From the NCBI GenBank assembly GCA_034530615.2, contig JAVRCV020000031.1, positions 96,001 through 160,000 of the forward strand: 64,000 nucleotides of DNA, written 5' to 3'. The number at the start of each line of letters is the position of its first letter. The first letter of the stretch is position 1. A model generated the notes under the pieces. That model was given only the letters and a program-made list of their open reading frames with translations, did not search any database and was not told the origin of the DNA. A program made the position numbers and the translations under genes. The stretch comes from Aulosira sp. ZfuVER01 (lineage in GTDB: Bacteria > Cyanobacteriota > Cyanobacteriia > Cyanobacteriales > Nostocaceae). Shown here one piece after another: positions 10,331 to 19,435 of this stretch.

Positions 10331-12913
10331 TTACACTTTACAAGTCGCAACGCGAGAAAGAAATAACAGACTCCATTTATAGAATAAATATGAATATATT
10401 TCCTGTTCGCTGAATACCAAACTTCCAGTCTGAACCTCACCACCCATAATAGGTAGGCTACCCTTATAGCTTATAAGGTTATCTTTTATACGCCTCAGCA
10501 GTTCGTCGTACCTTACAGGAGTGACCAGCAGTTTGTTGTACCTATTTTTGCCATCATACCATCCCACGGACGTGGCAAACCGAATATAATTTTCAAAATC
10601 AATCTTTGTCCCTATCACATCTATTGTCTCTATTGTATCTATCACTTCTGGTTTTTTTCCCAGCCGATTCCCGGTGCTAGTCCATATTTCCTTTTGCACA
10701 CTAAAGCCGAAACGTTTGTCTGAATTTGTGACCCAAAGCTGGTCTATTGTTTTTAAGTCTAGACAAGAAAAATTATTAATAGAGTTGATATCTAAATACT
10801 TTTCTTTTTCTCTTTTAGCAACATTAAGCATAAGTAGATATGTTTGCTTATCAGCTGCTTGCCAATTTTTAGCTTTCAAATAATATTCAAGTTGAGCATA
10901 TAAATGTTGTGTTAGATATTTCTCAACCTGTTTTCTCAATTTTGCTGCTGGGGTGTTGGTTGAGAGTAAATCAAGTAAGTTTCGATGAACAGCTTCAATA
11001 TCTTTGGCTGTGAGTAATTGGTTAGTTTTTGTAAATGGACTGGTTTGCTCTGGATGATACTTAAGAATTTTAAATGCTGATTTATAAGATTCTATAGCTT
11101 GGTTTCTTTCTTTTTTGTGTAAAAATAAATCACCTTGAACCTTATTAGCCAAAACTTTAATTTGTAACCCTTCACTAGAATCAATATTATGTTTATTTGC
11201 TTCTAAAATATCTAGGCTTTCTCTAATCTCTTTTTCAGCTTGCTCCCATTGTTCAAGTTGCTGATATGCTTGAGACATGGAAGTAAATAGCATTGCTTTT
11301 TTTAATTCATGATTTTTAATTTCGTAAGATAAACCTATTTGTTCTCTAGCCTGACTTGCTGATGATTTGTCTTTTTTATAAAGTTCCTCGCTCAGTTTGG
11401 ATAATTGTGAGACATATTTAGTATTTTCTCGTATATCTTGAATATCCTTACCTGCCCAAATTATAGAAATTGTTGCTCCCAATAAAGTCAGCAATAAAAC
11501 AACCGAACCAATGCGAACACGTTGTTGAGCTTTCTGGTTCGCTTCAGCTAGTTTTTGATTAGCTTCAGCCAGCATCAAATTTCTTTTCTCTGCTGCTTCC
11601 TTATCTTTTCTTTCTCTCTCCAAAGCAGCTTCTTGTTCTTTCGCCGCAATCTCTTCTTGAATTTCTTGCTCTTTACTAGCTGCTAAAAACTGCCTATCTT
11701 GATAACTTAAACTCTTAGGCTTTGCCCAGGCTTCAGCTTCTTCTAAAGCCTTTCCTCGCAATAATCTTGATATATCTTTTCCCTCAGAAGCTACCCAAAA
11801 GCGAAAATTCTCTGAATATGGACGGAGATTTTTTAATTGATTGTCTATCCAAACTTGGTTAAAAACTTCTTGATATATAGGATTATAAACTCTTAAGTTA
11901 TTTTGCTGCCTAACAATTAATCCTGAAAGCTGTAACTCACTTTGCTCTAAAGTATCATCTGCTGTAATCTCAGATTGCTCATCTCTCAATCTAATTTTCT
12001 GATACAGTTCTAGTAAATATCCAGCCCGTTGTTCATCGCACAAAATTCGAGCTTGAATTGTTCGTAAATGCTCAGGCTCATCTTGAGATTCCCAATTTTC
12101 AATAATCCGAGACTTCACCACCTGCTCAACAGTCCGAGGATTGTCTACAAAAGATTCTTCAATCATAAACTGACACAGTTTTTGAGTCAGGAATGGTTGT
12201 CCTCCTGTCCAATATAAAATTTCCTGCATTACTAATTGAGGGTTAGAAAATCTTCCTGACATCCCCTTAGCTAACGGCTCAATTTCATACAGTTGAAAAC
12301 CAATCAACGAGATAGCTTGACCAATATTAAACGGAGTACGTTGTTTATCCTCAATCAAATTGCTAGGTGATGCGACTCCTAACAAACAAAAGGTGAGGCG
12401 ATTATATTCAGCATTATCAACCCGCTTGTTATAACAAGCACGAATTAAGGCAAAAAAGTCATCGGTGGGAAATTTTAGGCTGAGTACACTATCAATTTCA
12501 TCAATAAAAATAACGATATTTTCTTTAACTTCCGCAAGTAATATCTCTTCTAAAAATTTACGAAATCTAGTGACTAGCGAATTTAACTGATTAGCTTCCC
12601 ACCAATCACCAAAATCTACATCTAAGTCAAAAGTTTCAATTAAATTATCAATTAAATCTGCATACCATTGTTCGGGAGGGACATTTTGAATACCGCCAGC
12701 GGAAAGGTCAATTGCTGCACATTGCACACCTTCTTCTCTGAGTCTTTGCATGGTTCGCACACGCAAGCTAGACTTTCCGCTTTGTCGGGAGTTCAATACA
12801 TAACAAAACTTTCCGGCTTTTAGTCCTGCATATAAATCACTGTCAGCTTTGCGGGTGACGTAGGTGCTGGCATTTTCCGGTAGACTTCCAGAGAATTGAT
12901 AGCGATCAAGCAT
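10331..12913 (-). CDS. AAA_35 (STAND-like) NTPase with coiled coil, TM helix, TPR-like region and C-terminal GUN4 domain
   Basis: YVTRKAD, NSRQSGKSS Walker A, IFIDEID Walker B, WTGGQPFLTQKLC, TM IGSVVLLLTLLGATISIIW, GUN4 KNWQAADKQT...DQLW...RFGFSVQ. Confidence 0.85.
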   Translation of the reverse strand: MLDRYQFSGSLPENASTYVTRKADSDLYAGLKAGKFCYVLNSRQSGKSSLRVRTMQRLREEGVQCAAIDLSAGGIQNVPPEQWYADLIDNLIETFDLDVDFGDWWEANQLNSLVTRFRKFLEEILLAEVKENIVIFIDEIDSVLSLKFPTDDFFALIRACYNKRVDNAEYNRLTFCLLGVASPSNLIEDKQRTPFNIGQAISLIGFQLYEIEPLAKGMSGRFSNPQLVMQEILYWTGGQPFLTQKLCQFMIEESFVDNPRTVEQVVKSRIIENWESQDEPEHLRTIQARILCDEQRAGYLLELYQKIRLRDEQSEITADDTLEQSELQLSGLIVRQQNNLRVYNPIYQEVFNQVWIDNQLKNLRPYSENFRFWVASEGKDISRLLRGKALEEAEAWAKPKSLSYQDRQFLAASKEQEIQEEIAAKEQEAALERERKDKEAAEKRNLMLAEANQKLAEANQKAQQRVRIGSVVLLLTLLGATISIIWAGKDIQDIRENTKYVSQLSKLSEELYKKDKSSASQAREQIGLSYEIKNHELKKAMLFTSMSQAYQQLEQWEQAEKEIRESLDILEANKHNIDSSEGLQIKVLANKVQGDLFLHKKERNQAIESYKSAFKILKYHPEQTSPFTKTNQLLTAKDIEAVHRNLLDLLSTNTPAAKLRKQVEKYLTQHLYAQLEYYLKAKNWQAADKQTYLLMLNVAKREKEKYLDINSINNFSCLDLKTIDQLWVTNSDKRFGFSVQKEIWTSTGNRLGKKPEVIDTIETIDVIGTKIDFENYIRFATSVGWYDGKNRYNKLLVTPVRYDELLRRIKDNLISYKGSLPIMGGEVQTGSLVFSEQEIYSYLFYKWSLLFLSRVATCKV

Positions 12914-12925
12914 AACTTACCTCAA

Positions 12926-13131
12926 GAGAAGGTTCTCAAAGTTCTCTTGTTGGGAGTAAAAAGTTTTAGATCCCCCTAAATCCATGCCACTTGCTTCAAC
13001 GGGGGGAACCCTCGCAACGCAGTGGCTCCCCTTAAAAAGGGGGACTTGAAAAAGTTTCCCCCCTTTTTTAAGGGGGGTAGGGGGGATCAATAGGTGCTGA
13101 GAATAACAGATAACCACTTTCAAATAACCTC
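12926..13131. mobile_element. MITE-like repeat (CCCCCTTAAAAAGGGGG hairpin type) with a nested small dispersed repeat at 12986-13026
   Basis: Internal palindromes ccccttaaaaaggggg and cccccctttttaagggggg; degenerate GAG...CTC termini flanked by CAA/TAA; nested hairpin gccacttgc..acggggggaaccc..gcagtggc. Confidence 0.6.
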
Positions 13132-14730
13132 TAAACGCACTGAGAAATACTGACGATATAATTCACAACTGAGAATGCAATCATTACCTGAAAGTTTTAC
13201 CAATCCTAAACTATGTAACTTAAATGCAACTTCAGTATCTAACCTGACAGGAGCATTCGCCATTACTACTTTTTTATACCCTAACTCAAGCAGAGAATTA
13301 TGTTGTAAATGCCACAATTGTTGTCGCAAATGGTCGCTAAAAATTCCCTGTTCTGTTGGCGCAAGTTGCAAAAGTTCTTCTATACTAGCTTGGGGATTTT
13401 TGAGGTAAGCAACTGCTTGCTGGATTAAATCAGGATGTCCGCCTACTAACCCCATCAACTGACTTAAATTTTGTTGTCCCAACTTATCTGCTAATTCATA
13501 CTGCTTGGCAAGAGATTCTACTTGTTGCAGGTTAAATTCAGGTAACTCAATTGCAATTCCCACATTAAATGGTGAGTGATTGATATCTAAGGAAGGATAA
13601 GCTTCGGTGGAATGAACTACAACTAATCGCAGTTTCTTCCAGAGATTGCCAATTTTATCTCCTTGTTTAGCAGCTTCATACCATCCCCGCAGTAATAAAC
13701 AGAATTGGGGAAAAATATCTGGATATGCAAACAGTCGCTCAAAATTATCTATAGCTAAAACTAAAGGACTATCAGTAACCGCTAATAAATATTTTTGAAA
13801 ATAACGAGTACAGTTTTTATTTAGCCCAAAAATATCTTGCCAGTATTTATCTAATTCTGGTTCTATTTCGAGGCTATCTGAAACATTAACACATACCCAT
13901 TGTAAAAATGTTTTGGTGTCAGCCAGGATATTACTATCAGCAAGTTTTAAATCTAATTTTGCTGTTTGATAACCTTGCGCTCTCGCATGGTAGAGTACTT
14001 TCTCCAACAGCAATGTTTTCCCCATCCTTTGCGGCGATCTAATGCGAATTAGTGCCCCAGGTTGTAAAATTGCCTCACAACATTTGTCCTCAATTGGCGG
14101 TCTTTCTACATATATTGTTGTCGCCTCTGTTGCAGAATTTAAGGATGCTGTTTCTCTTGTCGTAATTAATTTAGGTGTCAGGTTTTCTGCTATCCCAGCT
14201 ACACGAATCAAGCTACAACCTAATTTATAAGCAAACTCATAACCTTTATCTGCGCCCAGTGCATCATAAAATCCCACAGCAAATTCAATGGCTGCGCGAT
14301 CGCCAATTTCTTGAGTCATGCCGACAACATAATTAATATGTCGCGCTATTTCCAAAGCTTGGTATTTAGAGTAGCAGGCATTAAGCACAACACATTGTAC
14401 TTGGTCAGCAAATAATTGAAATAATCCAGCTAAAGCTTCAGCATCAACTAACTTAATTTGTCCAGATTCATCTTCAAATACTAAACCTTCTTCTCCTACT
14501 CCATGTCCAGAAAAATGGATGATGTGCGGTTCGTATTCCAAAATAGCTCGGTGTATATCCCTGTAGCGTACTGCTTCTGCTGTGGCAATGGAATATTGGT
14601 CACGATTCTTTGACCTTTTCAACCCCTCTTTAATTTCGCGCATCTCCTCAGAGAGACGCAGCTGACTGCTACCTTTGGGATTTGCAGACAAAAGTAAGAT
14701 TTTCCGAGTTTGATTTTGGTTACTCATCAT
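13120..14730 (-). CDS. CHAT (caspase-like) protease domain fused to AAA_35 NTPase-like domain
   Basis: ILLLSANP, HFSGHG and VVLNACYS (His/Cys dyad); YVERPPIE, RSPQRMGKT, LAIDNFE, SPFNVG and GGHP. Confidence 0.85.
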   Translation of the reverse strand: MMSNQNQTRKILLLSANPKGSSQLRLSEEMREIKEGLKRSKNRDQYSIATAEAVRYRDIHRAILEYEPHIIHFSGHGVGEEGLVFEDESGQIKLVDAEALAGLFQLFADQVQCVVLNACYSKYQALEIARHINYVVGMTQEIGDRAAIEFAVGFYDALGADKGYEFAYKLGCSLIRVAGIAENLTPKLITTRETASLNSATEATTIYVERPPIEDKCCEAILQPGALIRIRSPQRMGKTLLLEKVLYHARAQGYQTAKLDLKLADSNILADTKTFLQWVCVNVSDSLEIEPELDKYWQDIFGLNKNCTRYFQKYLLAVTDSPLVLAIDNFERLFAYPDIFPQFCLLLRGWYEAAKQGDKIGNLWKKLRLVVVHSTEAYPSLDINHSPFNVGIAIELPEFNLQQVESLAKQYELADKLGQQNLSQLMGLVGGHPDLIQQAVAYLKNPQASIEELLQLAPTEQGIFSDHLRQQLWHLQHNSLLELGYKKVVMANAPVRLDTEVAFKLHSLGLVKLSGNDCILSCELYRQYFSVRLEVI

Positions 14731-14941
14731 GAAATTTGAACCACAGAAGCCCAAAAAGATGGCTAAACTGGCAGATATCTACATTTTGAGTATGGGGTTT
14801 TTCAGACTCTAAGGCAAACATTGGTATAACCTTGGCAGTTTGCTAGACAAGGAACCAGCCATCAGGAGGAAGTAGACATTTTATAAATATGGTATGAATA
14901 ATTTGATATTTTTATAATCTCGTATCTTAACTTTTATTCCT

Positions 14942-15913
14942 ATGAAGCGTTCCGCCTGCCTAATCTTTAATCCCGTTGCAGGTCAAGGTGATTCAGAACA
15001 AGAACTGGCGCAAATTCGGGCAATATTAGAGCCAGAAATTGATTTAGATATTTACCTAACTACAGAAGAAATCGGTGCTGACAAACTGGCTTATGCAGCA
15101 GTTGAGCGTGGAGTAGATGAAATTATCGCCTCTGGTGGAGATGGTACTCTCTCTGCGGCGGCGGCGGCGGTGGTTAATACTAATATTCCCTTAGGCATTA
15201 TTTCTAGAGGAACGGCAAACGCTTTTGCCACAGCTTTAGCTATTCCCGATACCATTGAAGCCGCCTGTAAGATGATTTTGCAAGGAGTAACCAAGAATGT
15301 AGATGTAGCTTATTGCAACGATCTGCCAATGGTACTGCTGGTAGGTATCGGCTTTGAGGCTGAAACTGTAGAACGAGCAGACAGGGAAGCTAAGAAGCGC
15401 TTTGGTATTATGGCTTACGTCTTGGCAGGACTTCAGCAATTGCGGGAGTTAGAAAGTTTTGATGTAGAAATTGAAACCGAAGACAAAATAATTAAAACCA
15501 GCGCTGCGGCGGTGACAGTCGCAAATGCCGCACCTCCGACTTCGGTTTTGGCTCAGGGGCCAGCAGGAATTATTTATGATGATGGATTGCTGGATTTAAC
15601 TATTGTTGCACCTGTGAACAAAGCCGGAGCGATCGCAGCTACATATCATCTATTTCAAACAGCTTCTTCAGGTAATCCCGTAGAACGAGATGATATTGGC
15701 TACCTGCGAGCTAAACAATTTAAAATCACGACAAATCCACCACAAAAAATAGCTTTAGATGGTGAAATCATTGGTTACACGCCGATTGAAGTCAAGTGTG
15801 TACCATCTGGCTTGAAGATTTTTGTCCCCCAAGTAGAAGAAGAAGTACCTACGGAGAAGTTGGAAGGACTGCCAAATTTAACAATTGAGTTGAAGGATGC
15901 AGTTGAGGAGTAA
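14942..15913 (+). CDS. YegS/Rv2252/BmrU family lipid (diacylglycerol) kinase
   Basis: IFNPVAG, GGDGT, GTANAFA and LDGE motifs. Confidence 0.92.
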   Translation: MKRSACLIFNPVAGQGDSEQELAQIRAILEPEIDLDIYLTTEEIGADKLAYAAVERGVDEIIASGGDGTLSAAAAAVVNTNIPLGIISRGTANAFATALAIPDTIEAACKMILQGVTKNVDVAYCNDLPMVLLVGIGFEAETVERADREAKKRFGIMAYVLAGLQQLRELESFDVEIETEDKIIKTSAAAVTVANAAPPTSVLAQGPAGIIYDDGLLDLTIVAPVNKAGAIAATYHLFQTASSGNPVERDDIGYLRAKQFKITTNPPQKIALDGEIIGYTPIEVKCVPSGLKIFVPQVEEEVPTEKLEGLPNLTIELKDAVEE

Positions 15914-15965
15914 GGAGGACAAGGGGACACGGGGATAAAGGGACGCGGAAACATAATAATTGATA

Positions 15966-16010
15966 AATGCCCAATGCCCAATGCCCCATGCCCAATGCCC
16001 AATGCCCAAT
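15966..16010. repeat. STRR heptamer tandem repeat (ATGCCCA/ATGCCCC)
   Basis: About six tandem 7-mers; similar tracts at 49364-49400 and 54608-54643. Confidence 0.85.
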
Positions 16011-16026
16011 TCAGGAGTAAAGTACA

Positions 16027-17589
16027 TTGAAACTTGTTTCCGATCCGGCGATCGCTAAAAAAATCAGCAAGATGCAGCAGCGGGTAAAATGGCAAGACCC
16101 GCTAATTCTGGAACGCCGTATTGACCAAACTAAGCTAGTACTAGAAGATGGTCACGCAGACGATTGTGAGTTCTCATTTTTGGTTGTCGGCGATAGTGGT
16201 TCCGGGACGCACAAGGGTCACGATCCCCAACGACAAGTTGCGGAACTGATGTTACCTCATCATGATGAATGCCGTTTCATGTTGCATACAGGCGATGTGA
16301 TTTATCTTGTGGGGTCGAGAGAGTACTACCAACAAAACTTTATCCAGCCTTACCAAGAGTTTCTCGTAGGTGGGGAGCAGCCGAAAAAGATTGCCTATGA
16401 CAAAATGGTTTTCAATCTGCCGATTCTGCCTGTACCAGGAAATCACGATTACTATGATTTACCGCTTTTATTTGGCTTAATTTCCATAACAACATTACCC
16501 ATCCGCCGCTTATTGCAATCGCGCCTAGATTTGGATGTCGGTTTGTATGGTTCGGGAACGGGTGATGCATACTCACGGGCGTTTCTAGACTATCTCTGCG
16601 CCTTTCAGTTTCCTGGAGACTTAGCGCGTCATTTAGACGAGCATTACACCATCAAAACAGACACTGGCCGCTGTCTTTCTTATCAGCCAGGAAGCTTTAC
16701 TCGTCTGCCAAATCGTTACTACACTTTTCGTTACGGTGGGATTGATTTCTTTGCACTGGATTCTAATACATTTAACGATCCGCCACCATTGCCGAAAACT
16801 CAAAAAGGAGATAGCGATCGCATCCTCTTAGAGAAACGCCGCACGGCTTTGGAGCAAGAAAAGCAGCAAATTATGGCAGAGTCAGCAATTCTCAATCCCA
16901 ACAACCCCCAGGACGCTGAACAACTAGATGATTTGCAAGTCAAACTCACCCAAATTGAAGAAATTATTGTAGATATCGAAAAACAACTAGACACTAACAA
17001 AACAACATTTACTGATATTGAACAACTAGACTGGTTAAGACAGAGACTAATTGAATCTTGGAACACCAAAGAAGTGCGGGGAAGAATCATTTTCTTTCAC
17101 CATCCTCCCTATGTCACTGAAGCCACAAAATGGCAACAAGCCCAAACTTTAGCAATTCGTAGTCGCCTACGTGGGGTTTTAGATGCGGTGGCTGAAAAAT
17201 TAGGTTCCTTGACTGAGGGTCGTCCTTTAGTTGATTTGGTAATTAACGGTCACGCCCATTGCTTAGAATATCTGCAAACAGCAGACACAGGACATGCTGA
17301 TTCTCATATCCCGTGGATTGTTTGTGGTGGTAGTGGTTTTAGTTTGCGCCGCCAACGGGATGAGGGGTCAGATTTGATGGAAATGATGGGGGATGAAGAG
17401 AAATTAGTCGCGCGATCGCATCTTTTTATCGGGCGCACTGGCAAGGGCTTCCACAAACATAGACCTTATTCCTCTCTGCGGATTGATGTTAAAGGCGATG
17501 GTCAGCCTAAATTTATTGTCCGTCCTTTAGTGGCTGAATGGTATCAACGCCAGTGGTGCGATCGCGAAATTGAACCATTTGAGATCTAA
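16027..17589 (+). CDS. Calcineurin-like metallophosphoesterase
   Basis: GDSG, HTGDVIY, PGNHDYY, FHHPPY and NGHAH motifs. Confidence 0.9.
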   Translation: MKLVSDPAIAKKISKMQQRVKWQDPLILERRIDQTKLVLEDGHADDCEFSFLVVGDSGSGTHKGHDPQRQVAELMLPHHDECRFMLHTGDVIYLVGSREYYQQNFIQPYQEFLVGGEQPKKIAYDKMVFNLPILPVPGNHDYYDLPLLFGLISITTLPIRRLLQSRLDLDVGLYGSGTGDAYSRAFLDYLCAFQFPGDLARHLDEHYTIKTDTGRCLSYQPGSFTRLPNRYYTFRYGGIDFFALDSNTFNDPPPLPKTQKGDSDRILLEKRRTALEQEKQQIMAESAILNPNNPQDAEQLDDLQVKLTQIEEIIVDIEKQLDTNKTTFTDIEQLDWLRQRLIESWNTKEVRGRIIFFHHPPYVTEATKWQQAQTLAIRSRLRGVLDAVAEKLGSLTEGRPLVDLVINGHAHCLEYLQTADTGHADSHIPWIVCGGSGFSLRRQRDEGSDLMEMMGDEEKLVARSHLFIGRTGKGFHKHRPYSSLRIDVKGDGQPKFIVRPLVAEWYQRQWCDREIEPFEI

Positions 17590-17603
17590 GTAAAACATTA
17601 ATA

Positions 17604-18413
17604 TTATTTCTTCGCCTGAATTACAATTACACGCCCATCTGCTTTGAGAACTTGAATGCCATTTTCTAAAACAATCATTGGCACTTTCCAATAAGAATGT
17701 CCGCAAATTACTAATAAATTATGGGTGAGATTGATTTTTTCTAACTCGCGTCTAATAGATTCTTGCCCAACTAAATTGCCCTGTGGATCGTTCGGTCCTT
17801 CATGTAATATCAAAATATCTGGCGATTGCTTCACCAGCGACCGAATTATTTTAATAAAGTCTTTTTCAGGACGCCTGAATGGTTTGCCTTTTTTGCCAAT
17901 AATCCCAGAAATTCCCGCTAGACTAAGCTCACTATTTCTTTTAATCTCACCGTCGAGATAGTAAATATTTCGATGCTGCTGAAAACTGTGAACTTCTAAT
18001 GGTGTATTACCTAAACTATCGTGATTTCCAGCAACGCCAGCTACCCAACGAAATCTGCGATTAAAAGCTAACCAAATCTCTCTAACATCACCAACTACGC
18101 CACCACGCCTATTGACCTCTGCATATAAATCCCCTGCTAATATCATGCCTGTATTTTTTAATGAGGGAATTTTGCCGATATCTGCCAAAATTTCTAATTC
18201 TTCAAGGAGCAGGTAAGCAAGAAGTTGTTGATTTTTGGGGTCAACTCCTTGTAAATCGCTTGTCGCAATAATGGCATCTAAATTATTAGGTATAAAATCA
18301 ACTTCTGCTGATAAAATTGGGAGATATCTTTCAATCACACCCACACCACCAGCAGATGCTGTTAGATACTGTATTTGATGAATGGGTAGGTTAGAGATTG
18401 ATAGGATTTGCAT
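17604..18413 (-). CDS. Metallophosphoesterase family protein
   Basis: TSDLQG, AGDLY, GNHD, LILHEGP and CGHSY motifs; start placed at ATG 18413. Confidence 0.8.
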   Translation of the reverse strand: MQILSISNLPIHQIQYLTASAGGVGVIERYLPILSAEVDFIPNNLDAIIATSDLQGVDPKNQQLLAYLLLEELEILADIGKIPSLKNTGMILAGDLYAEVNRRGGVVGDVREIWLAFNRRFRWVAGVAGNHDSLGNTPLEVHSFQQHRNIYYLDGEIKRNSELSLAGISGIIGKKGKPFRRPEKDFIKIIRSLVKQSPDILILHEGPNDPQGNLVGQESIRRELEKINLTHNLLVICGHSYWKVPMIVLENGIQVLKADGRVIVIQAKK

Positions 18414-18614
18414 CTTTTTATCGGACGCAGTGAACAAAGTTTACAGAATTACAACCCTTAGTTCTGTCTTGTATTTGATATCAAAGGCGATAACTTTGTC
18501 CCGTCATCACCTTTGGCGAACGCCAGCCTAAGTTTATTTTCCGTCCTTTGGTTGCTGAATTGTATCAAAGAGAATGACGCGATCGCAAGCAAAATATAAA
18601 CGTTAGAGATTTAG
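18411..18614 (+). pseudogene. Decayed duplicate of the 3' end of the 16027-17589 metallophosphoesterase
   Basis: Translates HLFIGRSEQSLQNYNP*FCLVFDIKGD..QPKFIFRPLVAELYQRE*RDR..LEI*, versus HLFIGRTGKGFHKHRPYSSLRIDVKGDGQPKFIVRPLVAEWYQRQWCDREIEPFEI* at 17419-17589. Confidence 0.8.
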
Positions 18615-19192
18615 CGCTTGGATAATATTGCTAAAGCCGCATTCGCTATTAATTGATTAACCTTGTTAGTCAGATGAACTTGATCCCAAAATACATACTC
18701 ATCTGGATTGCTACCTTCCACAAGCGAACTAGCTTGAGTTGTATTAGTAAAGCCAAACTTGTGCGGAAGAGCGATCGCTTTATCCACAACAGATTTTACA
18801 TCGAACAACATCAAATTAATCTTGTCTTCAAAAGTATATGCAATTTCTTTAAAAGATTCATTATGTTTCTCTACTAGCTGACTAACTAAATGGGAACTTG
18901 TAATATCATTTACTTCTGATGCTAGAGGTGTCTTACCAATATCAATAACGTTAACTAACAAAATATTTCTAGAACCAAATTCAGTTAAAGCTTTTATAGC
19001 TGTAGAAAACTTGGTGATGGTGGTAATAGTGTCACTATATTTAGGAACGCAATTTACAAATGGGGCATAATCCGCAGTACCAGACCAGATAATATATAGT
19101 GCATTCGGATCGGCAGATTGCTGACTTTGTTGTAACTCTTGAGTGTAATTCTTCACCTGGTCAAGGCACAGAGTTTGTAATTCGCATTCCAC
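18611..19192 (-). pseudogene. N-terminally truncated SGNH/GDSL hydrolase
   Basis: Has block III-like LYIIWSGTADY and block V FWDQVHLT but no GDS(L) block I; in-frame stop immediately upstream. Confidence 0.65.
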
Positions 19193-19218
19193 TTAAGTAA
19201 TACTATTGTGGATTGTTA

Positions 19219-19335
19219 TATCATGTCCGCTAAATTAGTTAGGATATGTCCGCCGCGAGTGAAAACAAGCAATCCCAACACCTTTGCGATTGCTTCCCTC
19301 CGGTCGCAATGACAAGTGTTCAACTGGACATGATA
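19219..19335. mobile_element. 117-bp MITE with 10-bp TIRs and TTA target-site duplication
   Basis: TTA|TATCATGTCC ... GGACATGATA|TTA; internal aagcaatc/gattgctt hairpin. Confidence 0.75.
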
Positions 19336-19435
19336 TTAGATTTTGGATTGGTTCCACAAATAAGTTTGCTTGCTCTTTGAAAATTTCAAATCTTGAATCT
19401 TCAATCCAAAATCCAAAATCTAAAATCTAAAATTC

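Noticed and set aside
2356..12913. Diversity-generating retroelement acting on the GUN4 C-termini
   Set aside because: No reverse transcriptase and no template/variable repeat pair with adenine-specific differences were found in the window.
12917..13123. 68-aa ORF between the AAA_35 genes
   Set aside because: It lies almost entirely within repeat/MITE sequence (PPTPLKKGG is repeat-derived).
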